From Candidatus Avilachnospira avistercoris (GTDB taxonomy: Bacteria; Bacillota; Clostridia; Lachnospirales; Lachnospiraceae): DNA of 62,239 nucleotides. Where the stretch lies: the NCBI GenBank assembly GCA_018714145.1, contig DVNS01000130.1:1-62239 (forward strand), in the 5' to 3' direction. Under the pieces are notes generated by a model. The model saw only the letters and a program-made list of their open reading frames with translations, was not told where the DNA came from and ran no database searches. Every line of letters begins with the position of its first letter. The first letter of the stretch is position 1. Below are positions 20,640 through 31,025 of this stretch, piece after piece. Position numbers and translations under genes: made by a program.

Positions 20640-21543
20640 TATGAGAGTGAGCCTAAGCGGGTGGGAGCTTGAAAACCCTGTTATCCCTGCTTCCGGTACC
20701 TTTGGCTTCGGCTATGAGTTCGCGGATTTCTATGATATCGATATCCTCGGGAGCATCGCCTTAAAGGGCACCACAAGGGAGCCCAGATACGGCAATCCCC
20801 TCCCCCGTATAGCCGAGTGCAGGGAGGGAATCATCAATGCCATAGGTCTCCAGAATCCGGGAGTGGATAAGGTCATAGCAGAGGAACTGCCAAAGCTTTA
20901 TAAGGTGTTCCATAAGAAGTCCATAGCCAATATCTCCGGCTTTTCCATAGAGGACTATGTATATACTGCAAGCCGCTTCGATGAGATACCGGAGATAGGC
21001 ATACTTGAGATAAATATCAGCTGTCCCAATGTCCATGGAGGCGGCATGGCCTTTGGACAGGACCCTGAGGCTGCGGCCTCGGTATGCAGGGCAGTAAAGG
21101 CAGCCTGCAGAAAACCCGTGTATATGAAGCTTTCCCCCAATGTGACGGATATAGTTTCGATAGCAAAGGCCTGCGAAGAAGCCGGAGCTGATGGCTTGGT
21201 GCTGATAAATACCCTCCTTGGCATGAGGATAGATCCTAAGACCGGAAGGAGGATAGTAAGCACCGGGGCGGCAGGCTTTTCCGGACCTGCGATAAAGCCT
21301 GTGGCAGTCCGCATGGTTTATCAGGTATATGATGCGGTAAAGGTCCCCATCATAGGCGTGGGAGGACTTGAGACTGCCGATGATGTGATAGAGATGATGT
21401 ATGCAGGGGCATCTGCGGTAGAGATAGGCGCAGCCAATCTGGTAGATCCCTATGCTTGTAAAAATATCATTGAGGAGCTTCCGGAGAAGATGAAGGAATA
21501 CGGCATAGACCGGCTTTCGGATATCATCGGAAAGGCTCACTGA
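20632..21543 (+). CDS. pyrD: dihydroorotate dehydrogenase B catalytic subunit
   Basis: Class 1B DHODH motifs (NAIGLQNPG, EINISCPN, GVGG). Start overlaps the pyrK stop. Confidence 0.95.
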   Translation: MSDMRVSLSGWELENPVIPASGTFGFGYEFADFYDIDILGSIALKGTTREPRYGNPLPRIAECREGIINAIGLQNPGVDKVIAEELPKLYKVFHKKSIANISGFSIEDYVYTASRFDEIPEIGILEINISCPNVHGGGMAFGQDPEAAASVCRAVKAACRKPVYMKLSPNVTDIVSIAKACEEAGADGLVLINTLLGMRIDPKTGRRIVSTGAAGFSGPAIKPVAVRMVYQVYDAVKVPIIGVGGLETADDVIEMMYAGASAVEIGAANLVDPYACKNIIEELPEKMKEYGIDRLSDIIGKAH

Positions 21544-21559
21544 GAACAGGAGAACACCC

Positions 21560-22270
21560 ATGAAGAAGAACGACGTTATCATAGCACTGGATTTTAAGGA
21601 CAGGAAGGAGACCTTTGAGTTCCTTGATAAGTTTACCGAGGAGAAGCCCTTTGTAAAGATAGGCATGGAGCTCTTTTATGGAGAGGGTCCGGATATAGTA
21701 AGGGAGATAAAGGCGAGGGGCCATAACATCTTCCTTGACCTTAAGCTTCATGACATACCGATGACGGTCAGGAAGGCCATGAAAAATCTGGCCCTCTTAG
21801 GTGTGGATATGACCAATGTTCACGCGGCAGGCACCATAGAGATGATGAAGTATGCCCTCGAGGGCCTTGAGGAGGGTGCCAAGGAGGCCGGAAGGGAGAG
21901 AGCCCTGCTTATCGCCGTGACCCAGCTTACCTCCACCTCAGAGGAGCGTATGCAGAAGGAGCTTCTGATAGATGCCTCCATCAATGATACCATAGTTAAA
22001 TACGCTGAAAATACAAAGGCAGCAGGACTGGACGGAGTGGTATGCTCACCCCTTGAGGCAGCCATGGTAAAGGAGGCCTGCGGAACGGATTTCCTTACCG
22101 TCACTCCGGGCATCAGGTATCCGGGAGCAGACAAGGCAGATCAGGTCAGGGTGACCTCCCCCTCGGATGCAAAGGCCATAGGTACGGACTATATAGTGGT
22201 TGGAAGGCCCATCACCAAGGCCGAGGACCCGGTGGCTGCATATAGGAAGGTCTGTGCTGATTTCCTTTGA
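21560..22270 (+). CDS. pyrF: orotidine 5'-phosphate decarboxylase
   Basis: IIALDF, FLDLKLHDIP and VVGRPI motifs. Confidence 0.95.
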   Translation: MKKNDVIIALDFKDRKETFEFLDKFTEEKPFVKIGMELFYGEGPDIVREIKARGHNIFLDLKLHDIPMTVRKAMKNLALLGVDMTNVHAAGTIEMMKYALEGLEEGAKEAGRERALLIAVTQLTSTSEERMQKELLIDASINDTIVKYAENTKAAGLDGVVCSPLEAAMVKEACGTDFLTVTPGIRYPGADKADQVRVTSPSDAKAIGTDYIVVGRPITKAEDPVAAYRKVCADFL

Positions 22271-22414
22271 TGGAAAAGCCTCTTAGATATGGAAGGGCTT
22301 ATGCCCTGCCGCATTAGCTGAAGTATCTGATAAGCATATCTGCCGTGAATCGTAAGTTGAGAATAAGTTCATCTTACCGATGCATGGCTTTATCTTGATT
22401 TTACGGGAGACAGG

Positions 22415-23305
22415 ATGTTTGAACAGGACTATTTGATAAGAGTAACGGCCCTTGGAGGACAGCTTCGGGCCTTTTTTATAACTGACAGGGATACGGTGGA
22501 GTATGCGAGGCGGTCTCACAATACCTCTCCGGTAGTCACAGCTGCCTTGGGCAGGCTCATGACAGGAGCCCTTATGATGGGAGCTGACATGAAGGGAGAG
22601 GATGACTCAGTGACCCTGAAGATAGAATCAGAGGGGCCGATAAGGGGCCTTACCGTCGTTGCAGACAGCAGGGGAGATGTAAGGGGCTTTCCCATAGAGC
22701 CGCTTGTCATCATACCCGCCAATAAGCTTGGAAAGCTGGATGTGGGCGGAGCAGTAGGGGCAGGTACCCTTTCCGTCATAAAGGATATGGGCCTAAAGGA
22801 GCCCTATACGGGACAGGTGCCCCTTACCTCGGGTGAGATAGCCGAGGACCTTACTTATTACTTTGCGGCTTCTGAGCAGATACCCTCTGCCATAGCCCTT
22901 GGGGTCCTTATGAATAAGGAAAATACCGTCCGTCAGGCCGGAGGATTTATGATACAGCTCATGCCGGGTGCCGATGAGGGGACCTTGGAGAAGCTGGAGC
23001 AGAGGCTTTCGGTCATGAAGAGTGTGACTAGCTGCCTTGATGAGGGCATGAAGCCCGAGGACATGATGGAGCTTCTGCTCTCAGACATGGAGCCGGAGAT
23101 AGTGGGCAGGCTTCCGGTGCGCTTTAAATGTACCTGCTCCAAGGAGCGTATGGAAAATGCGATAATCAGCATAGGCAGGACCGACCTTAAGTCCCTTATA
23201 GATGAGGGGGAGCCGGTGGAGGCCGTATGCCATTTCTGTAATACAAAATACAGATTTGAGGTAAGTGAGCTCAAGAAGCTCTGGCTTCGGGCTCAGGAGA
23301 GATGA
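22415..23305 (+). CDS. hslO: redox-regulated chaperone Hsp33
   Basis: 296 aa. C-terminal zinc centre CTCS...CHFCN typical of Hsp33. Confidence 0.9.
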   Translation: MFEQDYLIRVTALGGQLRAFFITDRDTVEYARRSHNTSPVVTAALGRLMTGALMMGADMKGEDDSVTLKIESEGPIRGLTVVADSRGDVRGFPIEPLVIIPANKLGKLDVGGAVGAGTLSVIKDMGLKEPYTGQVPLTSGEIAEDLTYYFAASEQIPSAIALGVLMNKENTVRQAGGFMIQLMPGADEGTLEKLEQRLSVMKSVTSCLDEGMKPEDMMELLLSDMEPEIVGRLPVRFKCTCSKERMENAIISIGRTDLKSLIDEGEPVEAVCHFCNTKYRFEVSELKKLWLRAQER

Positions 23306-23318
23306 ACAGGTAAGAGCT

Positions 23319-24113
23319 ATGGATAAAATGGACAAAAATAAGGGAAGGCTTGACCGTATCTCCGAGGTGGTAGGTCCCAAGTGGGAGTGGTATAAGGACG
23401 CCAGATCCCATGTGGTAAGACATGCCGCAAAGCCGAAGGAGGAGAAGGAGGACCATATAAAGAGGGGCAAGCAGGTCTTTGCCGAGGGTTTCGGATTTTA
23501 TAAGCTCTTTTGGGTATTCCTGCTCTGCGGCTTCTTGGGGGTCATCATAGAATTTTTCTTCGTGGGACTTACCTCAGGCCAGTGGATGAGCCGAAGCTCC
23601 CTTGTCATCGGACAGTTCTCCATAGTCTGGGGCTTTGGAGGCATGCTCCTTACTTGGGCCCTTCACAGGCTCATAGATAAGGATGACAGATACATATTCA
23701 TTTCGGGCACTATACTGGGAGGTGCCTTTGAATATATGTGCTCCTATATCGGAGAGAAGCTTTTCGGCTGTATCTTCTGGGATTACAGCCATATGCGCTT
23801 CAATATAAACGGCAGGGTCAACCTGACCTACTGCTTTTTCTGGGGCGTGGCAGCCCTCGTATGGATAAAGCTGATATATCCGTGGATGAGCAAGGTCATA
23901 GAGCGCATACCCATACTTTTCGGAAAGATATGCACCTATGTGCTGCTTGTCTTCATGGTCTTTGATATGGCCGTGAGTGCTGCGGCCCTTGCCCGCATGA
24001 ATGCGAGGGACGATGGCGCAGTGGCTCATAACTGGGCTGAGGAATATGTGGATGAGCATTTTACTGATGAATGGATAGAAAACCGCTACAGGAACATGAA
24101 GCTTACGGATTAA
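23319..24113 (+). CDS. membrane protein of the 'putative ABC-transporter type IV' (PF06541-like) family
   Basis: Polytopic protein. FEYMCSYIGEKLFGCIFWDYSHMRFNINGRVNLTYCFFWG resembles that family. ATG 23319 avoids overlap with hslO. Confidence 0.6.
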   Translation: MDKMDKNKGRLDRISEVVGPKWEWYKDARSHVVRHAAKPKEEKEDHIKRGKQVFAEGFGFYKLFWVFLLCGFLGVIIEFFFVGLTSGQWMSRSSLVIGQFSIVWGFGGMLLTWALHRLIDKDDRYIFISGTILGGAFEYMCSYIGEKLFGCIFWDYSHMRFNINGRVNLTYCFFWGVAALVWIKLIYPWMSKVIERIPILFGKICTYVLLVFMVFDMAVSAAALARMNARDDGAVAHNWAEEYVDEHFTDEWIENRYRNMKLTD

Positions 24114-24301
24114 GGAATAAAGCCGGGCAGCAGGCCTTGTCCTTCACCATTTAAATGGCCGGATAGGGAGAGCATGGGACCAAGGAGGCTTTATGGTTAT
24201 CAGGAGCCTTACTTTTGTGACGGAAGTCCTTGCTAAGAGGTCCCGCCTCTGATATCATAGCCTTAACAGAGGGCCGTGATCTCTGGTATTCCGGAAATCA
24301 C

Positions 24302-25009
24302 ATGAAAAGAGCACAGCTTTTAAAATATGCGGTCATAGCAGCCGGTTTTTTGATATCGGCTGCTTTTTATGTGCAAATGGGACCGGGAGGAGAGCTGCTG
24401 AACGGCCTTGAGGCTGCTGAGAGGGACATTTTAGAAGAAAATGCTTCTGAAGCTGAAACAGGAAAGTCCGTCGAGGATGAGGTCTCTCATGGTGACATAG
24501 GGATCTTTTTTAGGGACGAGGCCGGAGCAGATGACAAAGAGGGCTCCGAGACCATGGAGCTTTATGAGCTTAGGGGCCTCAGCGAGCGTCAGAGGGCTGA
24601 GGTAAAGGAGCTTTTGGAAAATGAGATGGTAAAGCTCAGGGCAGAGCTTCAATATGGCTTGGCTGAAGGGACAGGGCCTTCGTCAGATACCGGGGAATAC
24701 CTGAAGAAAGGCTCCCATGGCTCATCTGAAGGAAGCAGATCAGGGGATGGTGCCATAGTAGCTGAAACTGATGATAGGAAGGACAGCGGGGCGGGCATGG
24801 AGGCTCAGAGCTCTCAGTCACTTATCAATATCAATACGGCCACCAAGGAGGAGCTCATGGAGCTTAAGGGCATAGGAGAGACCAGAGCCCTTGCGATAAT
24901 AGAATACAGGGAGACCTATGGAGGCTTTGCACATATCGAGGAGATAATGAATATCAGCGGCATAAAGGAGGCCTCCTTTGAAAAGATAAAGGACAGGATA
25001 TGTGTCTGA
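24302..25009 (+). CDS. comEA: ComEA-family helix-hairpin-helix DNA-binding protein
   Basis: N-terminal TM segment. C-terminal tandem HhH (ININTATKEELMELKGIGETRALAIIEYR...FAHIEEIMNISGI). Confidence 0.8.
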   Translation: MKRAQLLKYAVIAAGFLISAAFYVQMGPGGELLNGLEAAERDILEENASEAETGKSVEDEVSHGDIGIFFRDEAGADDKEGSETMELYELRGLSERQRAEVKELLENEMVKLRAELQYGLAEGTGPSSDTGEYLKKGSHGSSEGSRSGDGAIVAETDDRKDSGAGMEAQSSQSLININTATKEELMELKGIGETRALAIIEYRETYGGFAHIEEIMNISGIKEASFEKIKDRICV

Positions 25010-25155
25010 ATGGCTTATTTCCCATGATTTTGCACAAATATTTCTTACAATTTTTGTATAAGCTGCTTAAATATATTGAACTAAGTATATTTTAAGTATA
25101 AAATATGCTGTAGATTTTGTGCATTTTCACAAGCAACAGCAAAGGAGATGAGGCT

Positions 25156-26238
25156 ATGCTTACGGGGCAGGTGATACAGAACACCATAGACGGCATCAGA
25201 GCCATTACCCATGCGTCTGTAATGGTCTGTGACATGAAGGGGAAGATACTCAGCAGGGCAGGAGATATAGCTGTCAATTCGGGCCTGATAGCTGCATTTG
25301 CGGCTTCGGATGCCATAGAGCAGGCCTCGGGGGAGTTCCTGCTTTACAAGGTCTTTGATGACCGGGAACCGGAATATGTGGTCATAAGCGATGCCTCAGA
25401 GACCAATTCCCATATGGCCCTGAGACTGGCGGCCTTTCAGCTTGAAAATCTAAATGTAGCCTATAAGGAACGTTTCGATAAGGATAATTTCATAAAGAAC
25501 CTGCTTCTTGACAACCTGCTCATCATAGATATATATAACAGGGCAAGGAAGCTGGGCATAGACGCCGGAGCGGAACGGTCCGTGCTCATAGTGGAGACCA
25601 AGGATGAGGAGACTGCCGCAGGGGAGCTCCTTCGGGGAGAGCTGGAAAATGAGGCAAAGGACTTCGTTACCTCCATAGATGAGGACAATGTGGTCTTTGT
25701 AAGGGAGATAGAGGACAGCAAGGATGCCGCCTCGGAGCTTAAAAGGCTTTCAGAGGATATACATAAGCTCCTTTCAGACCATGGCATAGAGTCCAGAGTG
25801 GCCTATGGAAGCATAGTCAGGGATATCAAGGAGGTCTCCAGATCCTATAAGGAGGCAAGGCTCGCCCTTGATGTGGGCCGGATATTTTATGAGGATAAAG
25901 ATGTCATCGCCTATTCAAATCTCGGTATAGGAAGGCTCATCTACCAGCTTCCCATCAATCTCTGCCATATGTTCATAACAGAGATATTCCACGGGAGGAC
26001 GCCGGAGGACCTTGATGAGGAGACCCTTACCACCATCTATAAGTTTTTTGAAAATAATCTCAATGTCTCCGAGACCTCAAGGCAGCTCTTCATACATAGG
26101 AATACCTTGGTATACAGGCTTGATAAACTGCAGAAGTCCACGGGACTTGACCTTAGGGTCTTTGATGATGCCATCACCTTCAAGATAGCACTGATGGTGG
26201 TAAAATACATGGATTACATAGAAAACAGCGGTTATTGA
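25156..26238 (+). CDS. PucR/CdaR-family transcriptional regulator
   Basis: C-terminal PucR-type HTH (NLNVSETSRQLFIHRNTLVYRLDKLQKSTGLDL). ATG 25156 is 8 nt after AAAGGAG. Confidence 0.8.
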   Translation: MLTGQVIQNTIDGIRAITHASVMVCDMKGKILSRAGDIAVNSGLIAAFAASDAIEQASGEFLLYKVFDDREPEYVVISDASETNSHMALRLAAFQLENLNVAYKERFDKDNFIKNLLLDNLLIIDIYNRARKLGIDAGAERSVLIVETKDEETAAGELLRGELENEAKDFVTSIDEDNVVFVREIEDSKDAASELKRLSEDIHKLLSDHGIESRVAYGSIVRDIKEVSRSYKEARLALDVGRIFYEDKDVIAYSNLGIGRLIYQLPINLCHMFITEIFHGRTPEDLDEETLTTIYKFFENNLNVSETSRQLFIHRNTLVYRLDKLQKSTGLDLRVFDDAITFKIALMVVKYMDYIENSGY

Positions 26239-26241
26239 ATT

Positions 26242-26988
26242 ATGATATTATTAGAGGACGTAAGCAAAACCTATCAGACCGGAGTGCGGGCCGTAAGGGA
26301 GCTGAACCTTCGCATCGACGACGGGGAGTTCGTATTCATCACCGGAAAGTCGGGCTCGGGGAAGTCTACCCTTTTCAAGCTCCTCACAAGGGAGCTCCTT
26401 CCCACCGAGGGAGATATCATGGTCAATGATTTTGACCTTGGCAGCATGAAGAGACGGCAGATACCGAGATTCAGAAGGAGCATAGGCGTGGTATTTCAGG
26501 ACTTCAGGCTCCTGAACGACAGGAACGTCTACGAAAACGTCGCCTTTGCCCAGCGGGTCATCGGAGCCTCGGCCTTGGAGATAAGGCAGAATGTGCCCCG
26601 TATGCTCAAGCTTACCGGTCTTTCTCACAAATATAAAAACATGCCCTATGAGCTTTCCGGAGGAGAGCAGCAGAGGGTGGCCATAGCGAGGGCTCTCGTG
26701 AACCAGCCGAGGATCATACTTGCGGACGAGCCCACAGGAAACCTTGACGAGGCCAATACGGCAGAGATCATGGGCCTTTTGGAGGACATAAACCGCATGG
26801 GTACCACGGTCATAGTTATCACACATTCTCTTGGTATAGTAGAGGCCATGCAGAAGCGGGTGATAAGCATGGAGAGGGGACGCATAATCTCGGACAGCGG
26901 ACAGCGGACTGAAAAAAGGCAGCTTTCCATAGGCCCGGTGAGAACTGCTTCCCACAGGGCGAGGAGCCGGAGGAGGCCTGAGGCATGA
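26242..26988 (+). CDS. ftsE: cell division ATP-binding protein FtsE
   Basis: Walker A GKSGSGKST, signature LSGGEQQR, Walker B ILADEPTGNLD. Followed by ftsX. Confidence 0.92.
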   Translation: MILLEDVSKTYQTGVRAVRELNLRIDDGEFVFITGKSGSGKSTLFKLLTRELLPTEGDIMVNDFDLGSMKRRQIPRFRRSIGVVFQDFRLLNDRNVYENVAFAQRVIGASALEIRQNVPRMLKLTGLSHKYKNMPYELSGGEQQRVAIARALVNQPRIILADEPTGNLDEANTAEIMGLLEDINRMGTTVIVITHSLGIVEAMQKRVISMERGRIISDSGQRTEKRQLSIGPVRTASHRARSRRRPEA

Positions 26989-27899
26989 GTACACTTTTTT
27001 ACTGTATAAAGCAGGGTCTCGTCAACATGAAGCGGAACCTGCTCTTTTCCATAGCCTCCATAGCCACTGTGTCAGCCTGCATCTTCCTCTTTTGTATGTT
27101 TTATTCCATCATCACCAATGTTCAGGGCGTGGTCCATACGGCAGAGACCACCGTGGGTATAACGGTATTTTTTGATGAGGGAGCAGACGAGGCCGTAAAG
27201 GATGCCGTAAGGGATGCGGTGCTCGAAAGGGGCGGAGTAAAGGACATGATCTATACCTCCGCAGAGGAGGCGTGGAACGACTTCAAGGAGGATTATTTTG
27301 GTGCGGATGCAGCTGAGCTCTCAGAGGCCTTTGCAGATGACAATCCCCTTGCCGACAGTGACAGCTATGAGGTCTTCCTCGAGGATATAGAGGATCAGGA
27401 GAGCATGGCCTCATTTATAGCCGGACTTCCGGGAGTAAGGCAGGTCAATTATGCCAATACCGTGGTCTCAGTGCTCAAGAGCCTGAACAGGGTCATCTCG
27501 GTACTGTCCGTGGTCATCATCGGGGTACTGGTGGCGGTCTCAGTATTTTTGATAAGCAATACCATATCCGTGGCTGCAGCCTTCAGGAAACGGGAAAATG
27601 AGATAATGCGCCTCATCGGAGCCACAGATTTTATGATAAGGGCTCCCTTTGTGGTGGAGGGCTTTATCATAGGCCTTTTCGGTGCAGTCATACCCCTTAT
27701 CGCGGTCTACTATATATATGCTAGGATCATGGCTTATTTTACCGATTGGATATCAGGGCTTGGGACAGGTTTTGAGCTCATGGGGCTCATACCCCTTGCG
27801 GAGCTTTTCCCTAGGCTGATGCTCTGCGGACTTTGCTTTGGCATAGGCATGGGCGTTATAGTATCCTTCTTTACCATTAGAAAGCATCTTAAGGTATGA
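26985..27899 (+). CDS. ftsX: cell division permease-like protein FtsX
   Basis: Four-TM FtsX topology with a large first extracellular loop. Start overlaps the ftsE stop. Confidence 0.9.
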   Translation: MSTLFYCIKQGLVNMKRNLLFSIASIATVSACIFLFCMFYSIITNVQGVVHTAETTVGITVFFDEGADEAVKDAVRDAVLERGGVKDMIYTSAEEAWNDFKEDYFGADAAELSEAFADDNPLADSDSYEVFLEDIEDQESMASFIAGLPGVRQVNYANTVVSVLKSLNRVISVLSVVIIGVLVAVSVFLISNTISVAAAFRKRENEIMRLIGATDFMIRAPFVVEGFIIGLFGAVIPLIAVYYIYARIMAYFTDWISGLGTGFELMGLIPLAELFPRLMLCGLCFGIGMGVIVSFFTIRKHLKV

Positions 27900-27903
27900 T
27901 AAA

Positions 27904-29301
27904 ATGACAGGAAGAAGCAGAAAAAACCGGTCATATTTATACGGAAAGAGGAGCAGGCTCACCTTGTTCCTGATGCTTTTTGCTGCCCTTTCCATGCCCT
28001 TTTATGCGGCGGCCACCGGCGGAGAGCTGGTCATAGTGGACGGACCTGAGGGAGGAACTTCCGAAGGAGCAGGCAGCGTGTCCGCTACCCCTGCCTCGGA
28101 TGGAGGCGGGAGCCAGAAGGATAGTGCTCAGGATGAAAAGGACAGGCAGGAGATAGCTGATTCAAGGGAAAAGATAGCTGCCAATAAGGAGAGGCTCGAT
28201 GAGCTTCAGTCTGAGCGGGGTTCGGTGGCGGATACCCTCAGTGCCCTTAACAGCCTTAAAAATGATGCCGCAGCCTATATCGAGGAGCTGGATAAGAAGG
28301 TGGCTGAGATCACGGCCCATCTTTCTGAGATAAATGATATGATGACGGATACCGAGGCGGAGATAGAGGAGACCAAGCTGGAGCTTTCTGAAGCCGAGGC
28401 TTCGAGGGACGAGCAGTATTCCTCCATGAAGCTCAGGATAAAGTATATGTATGAGAATGGGAGCAACAGCATCGATATGCTCCTTGACTCAGGCTCATTT
28501 TCAGACTTTTTGAACAGGGCTGAGTATATACGCAAGGTCTCTGAGTATGATAGGCAGAAGCTTGAGGAGTATAAGGAGACCGTAAGGGACGTGTCGGATA
28601 AGGAGGAGGAGCTGAGTGAGGAATACCAGAGCCTTTCCGAGATAGCCGAGGAAAATGAAAGCGCAAAGAGCGACATGGAAAAGCTTCAGGCTGATAAGAC
28701 GGCCGAGCTCAATGCCTACAACGAGCGCATCAGCGAGGCAGGGGCAGAGCTTTCCTCGATGGAGGAGAGCATAGCCGCCATACAGGCTGCAGTGGCAGCA
28801 GAGGAAAACAATATCGCTGCCATAGAGGCTGAGATGAGGAGACGGGAGGAGGAGGCCAAGAAGCAGGCAGAGGCCTCGGGAGAGACCTATGAGCCTGTGT
28901 CAGTAGGAGATATAAGCTTCATCTGGCCCATAGCCTCAAGCCGCATAACCTCTGAATTCGGAGGAAGGGAGGCGCCTCTTGAGGGAGCGTCCACCAGCCA
29001 TAAGGGCGTGGACATAGGCGCAGCCACCGGTACTCCGATAAAGGCCGCTGCCTCCGGGACCGTGGTCATATCCACCTATTCGGCCTCGGCAGGAAATTAT
29101 ATAATGATAAACCATGGAGGCGGTGTATATACTGTATATATGCACATGGCATCACTGGGAGCCTCCGTGGGAGATGAGGTAAGTCAGGGAGAAACCATAG
29201 GCACCTGCGGCTCCACCGGAAATTCCACAGGGCCTCATCTGCATTTCGGGATAAGGATAAATGGAAGCTATGTGGATCCCCTTGGCTATGTAAGCCCTTA
29301 A
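27904..29301 (+). CDS. secreted coiled-coil M23 (LytM) peptidoglycan hydrolase/activator, EnvC/PcsB-like
   Basis: Signal/anchor sequence, about 270 aa of predicted coiled coil, and a C-terminal M23 domain (HKGVDIG...GPHLHFGIRINGSYVDP). Confidence 0.88.
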   Translation: MTGRSRKNRSYLYGKRSRLTLFLMLFAALSMPFYAAATGGELVIVDGPEGGTSEGAGSVSATPASDGGGSQKDSAQDEKDRQEIADSREKIAANKERLDELQSERGSVADTLSALNSLKNDAAAYIEELDKKVAEITAHLSEINDMMTDTEAEIEETKLELSEAEASRDEQYSSMKLRIKYMYENGSNSIDMLLDSGSFSDFLNRAEYIRKVSEYDRQKLEEYKETVRDVSDKEEELSEEYQSLSEIAEENESAKSDMEKLQADKTAELNAYNERISEAGAELSSMEESIAAIQAAVAAEENNIAAIEAEMRRREEEAKKQAEASGETYEPVSVGDISFIWPIASSRITSEFGGREAPLEGASTSHKGVDIGAATGTPIKAAASGTVVISTYSASAGNYIMINHGGGVYTVYMHMASLGASVGDEVSQGETIGTCGSTGNSTGPHLHFGIRINGSYVDPLGYVSP

Positions 29302-29371
29302 AAGGCTCAGGTATTGGGGAACTTGGAACTGAGATAAGTAAAAGAAAATACATCGGGACATCAAAAGCAAG

Positions 29372-30925
29372 ATGGAAGAAAATAAGGAACTGGAGAAAAA
29401 AATAGAGGAGGAGCTAAGGCCTCAGACCGAAGAAGCAGAGGGCTCCTTTGAGGATGCTTCAAAAGAGGAGATAAGAGAAAGAACTGAGGAAAAAGAAGCA
29501 GCCGATGCTTCGGGCGCTGAAGCAGGACAAAACAGGGAGGAAGCTCCTTTGAATGATGCTTCTGAGGACCCGGAGGCTTCCATAATAGAAAAAGAGGAAA
29601 AAGAAGGCCGCAGGGCAAAAAGGAAGCATCCGTTTTTAAAGGGGATGCTTGCCGGCCTTGGCATAGGAGCGCTGGTATTTGCCCTGTATCTTGGGTATAT
29701 CACCATACCCCTTCCGGGAGGCTATACCTTCACCCTCTTTCTGCCAACCTACTATCTTTCCCAGATGCTTGGAAAGGACGATATAAACTACAGAGACATA
29801 GAGCGGAGATTAAAGGAGATAGACCGCTATGTGGATGAGTACTATCTCTATGACAGGGATACGAAGGCCATGACAGACGGAGCAGTGGCCGGCATGGTAT
29901 TCGGACTTTATGAGCAGGACCGCTATGTCAATTACTATACCGCAGAGGATTTTGAGGAGGAGATGCAGAGCATCGAGGGAAATTACTGCGGCATAGGCGT
30001 GACGGTGACTAAGGACGAGGAGACCGGAGGCCTCTTGGTGATACAGCTCGAGGAAGGCGGCTCAGCGAAGGAGGGCGGCATAATGGCCGGAGACCTCATC
30101 GTGGCAGTGGACGGCACCGATATCAGAGAGCTTGAGCTTAATACCATCACCAATGACTACATCAAGGGCCCTGAGGGCACCGAGGTGGTCATAACCATAT
30201 CGAGACAGGGCCATGAGACGGACATAAGCTGCGAGCGGCGCATGATAGAACGGGTGAGCGTCTATCATTCGATGATAGAGGGCACCGAGGCGGGATATAT
30301 CTGTATAGCAAGCTTTGAAAACAATACCGATGAGCAGTTTTCAGAGGCCCTTTCAGACCTTATGGGAAAGGGAGCAAAGGGCATAGTGATAGACCTCCGG
30401 GATGACCTTGGGGGCTCGGTGAGTCCGGTCATCGGCATACTTGACCGCATACTGCCTGACGATATCATGACCTATGCCTCTGAGGACAATGAGGCCGAGA
30501 GCATAGGAACGGTGCTCTTTTATCAGCAGGATAAGGCCGGAGAGCGGAAATACTATTATGCCAGCGACGGAGAGAGCTGTGATATACCCATGGTGCTCCT
30601 TGTCAATCAGAATTCTGCCTCTGCTTCGGAGATACTGACGGGCTGTCTCCATGACTATGGTTATAAGGTGGTGGGCCTCAATACCTACGGCAAGGGCATA
30701 ATCCAGAGCATCATCCCCCTTTCTGACGGGGGAGCCGTGGAATTCACCACTGCAGAGTATCTGCTTCCCAGCGGCTACAGGCTCCATGAGCTTGGCATAG
30801 CTCCGGATGTGGAAGTGGAGCCCTCAGAGGAGCTTTTGTCCCATGGGGCGGATATGGAGCATCCGGACCCGGAGATAGATAATCAGCTGAAGAGGGCCAT
30901 AGAGGTCATGATGGATGAGCTTTGA
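29372..30925 (+). CDS. S41 carboxy-terminal processing protease
   Basis: Acidic cytoplasmic N-terminus, one TM segment, a PDZ region, and an S41 catalytic core (NQNSASASEI...GKG). Confidence 0.88.
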   Translation: MEENKELEKKIEEELRPQTEEAEGSFEDASKEEIRERTEEKEAADASGAEAGQNREEAPLNDASEDPEASIIEKEEKEGRRAKRKHPFLKGMLAGLGIGALVFALYLGYITIPLPGGYTFTLFLPTYYLSQMLGKDDINYRDIERRLKEIDRYVDEYYLYDRDTKAMTDGAVAGMVFGLYEQDRYVNYYTAEDFEEEMQSIEGNYCGIGVTVTKDEETGGLLVIQLEEGGSAKEGGIMAGDLIVAVDGTDIRELELNTITNDYIKGPEGTEVVITISRQGHETDISCERRMIERVSVYHSMIEGTEAGYICIASFENNTDEQFSEALSDLMGKGAKGIVIDLRDDLGGSVSPVIGILDRILPDDIMTYASEDNEAESIGTVLFYQQDKAGERKYYYASDGESCDIPMVLLVNQNSASASEILTGCLHDYGYKVVGLNTYGKGIIQSIIPLSDGGAVEFTTAEYLLPSGYRLHELGIAPDVEVEPSEELLSHGADMEHPDPEIDNQLKRAIEVMMDEL

Positions 30926-31025
30926 GTTTCAGGACCTTGACCTTTGGAGCTTCAAAGAGCTTCAGTACATGAATGCCCCCTGATGGATAGTTCACTATAA
31001 CATAGAAAAATCAGAAAAGGATGGT

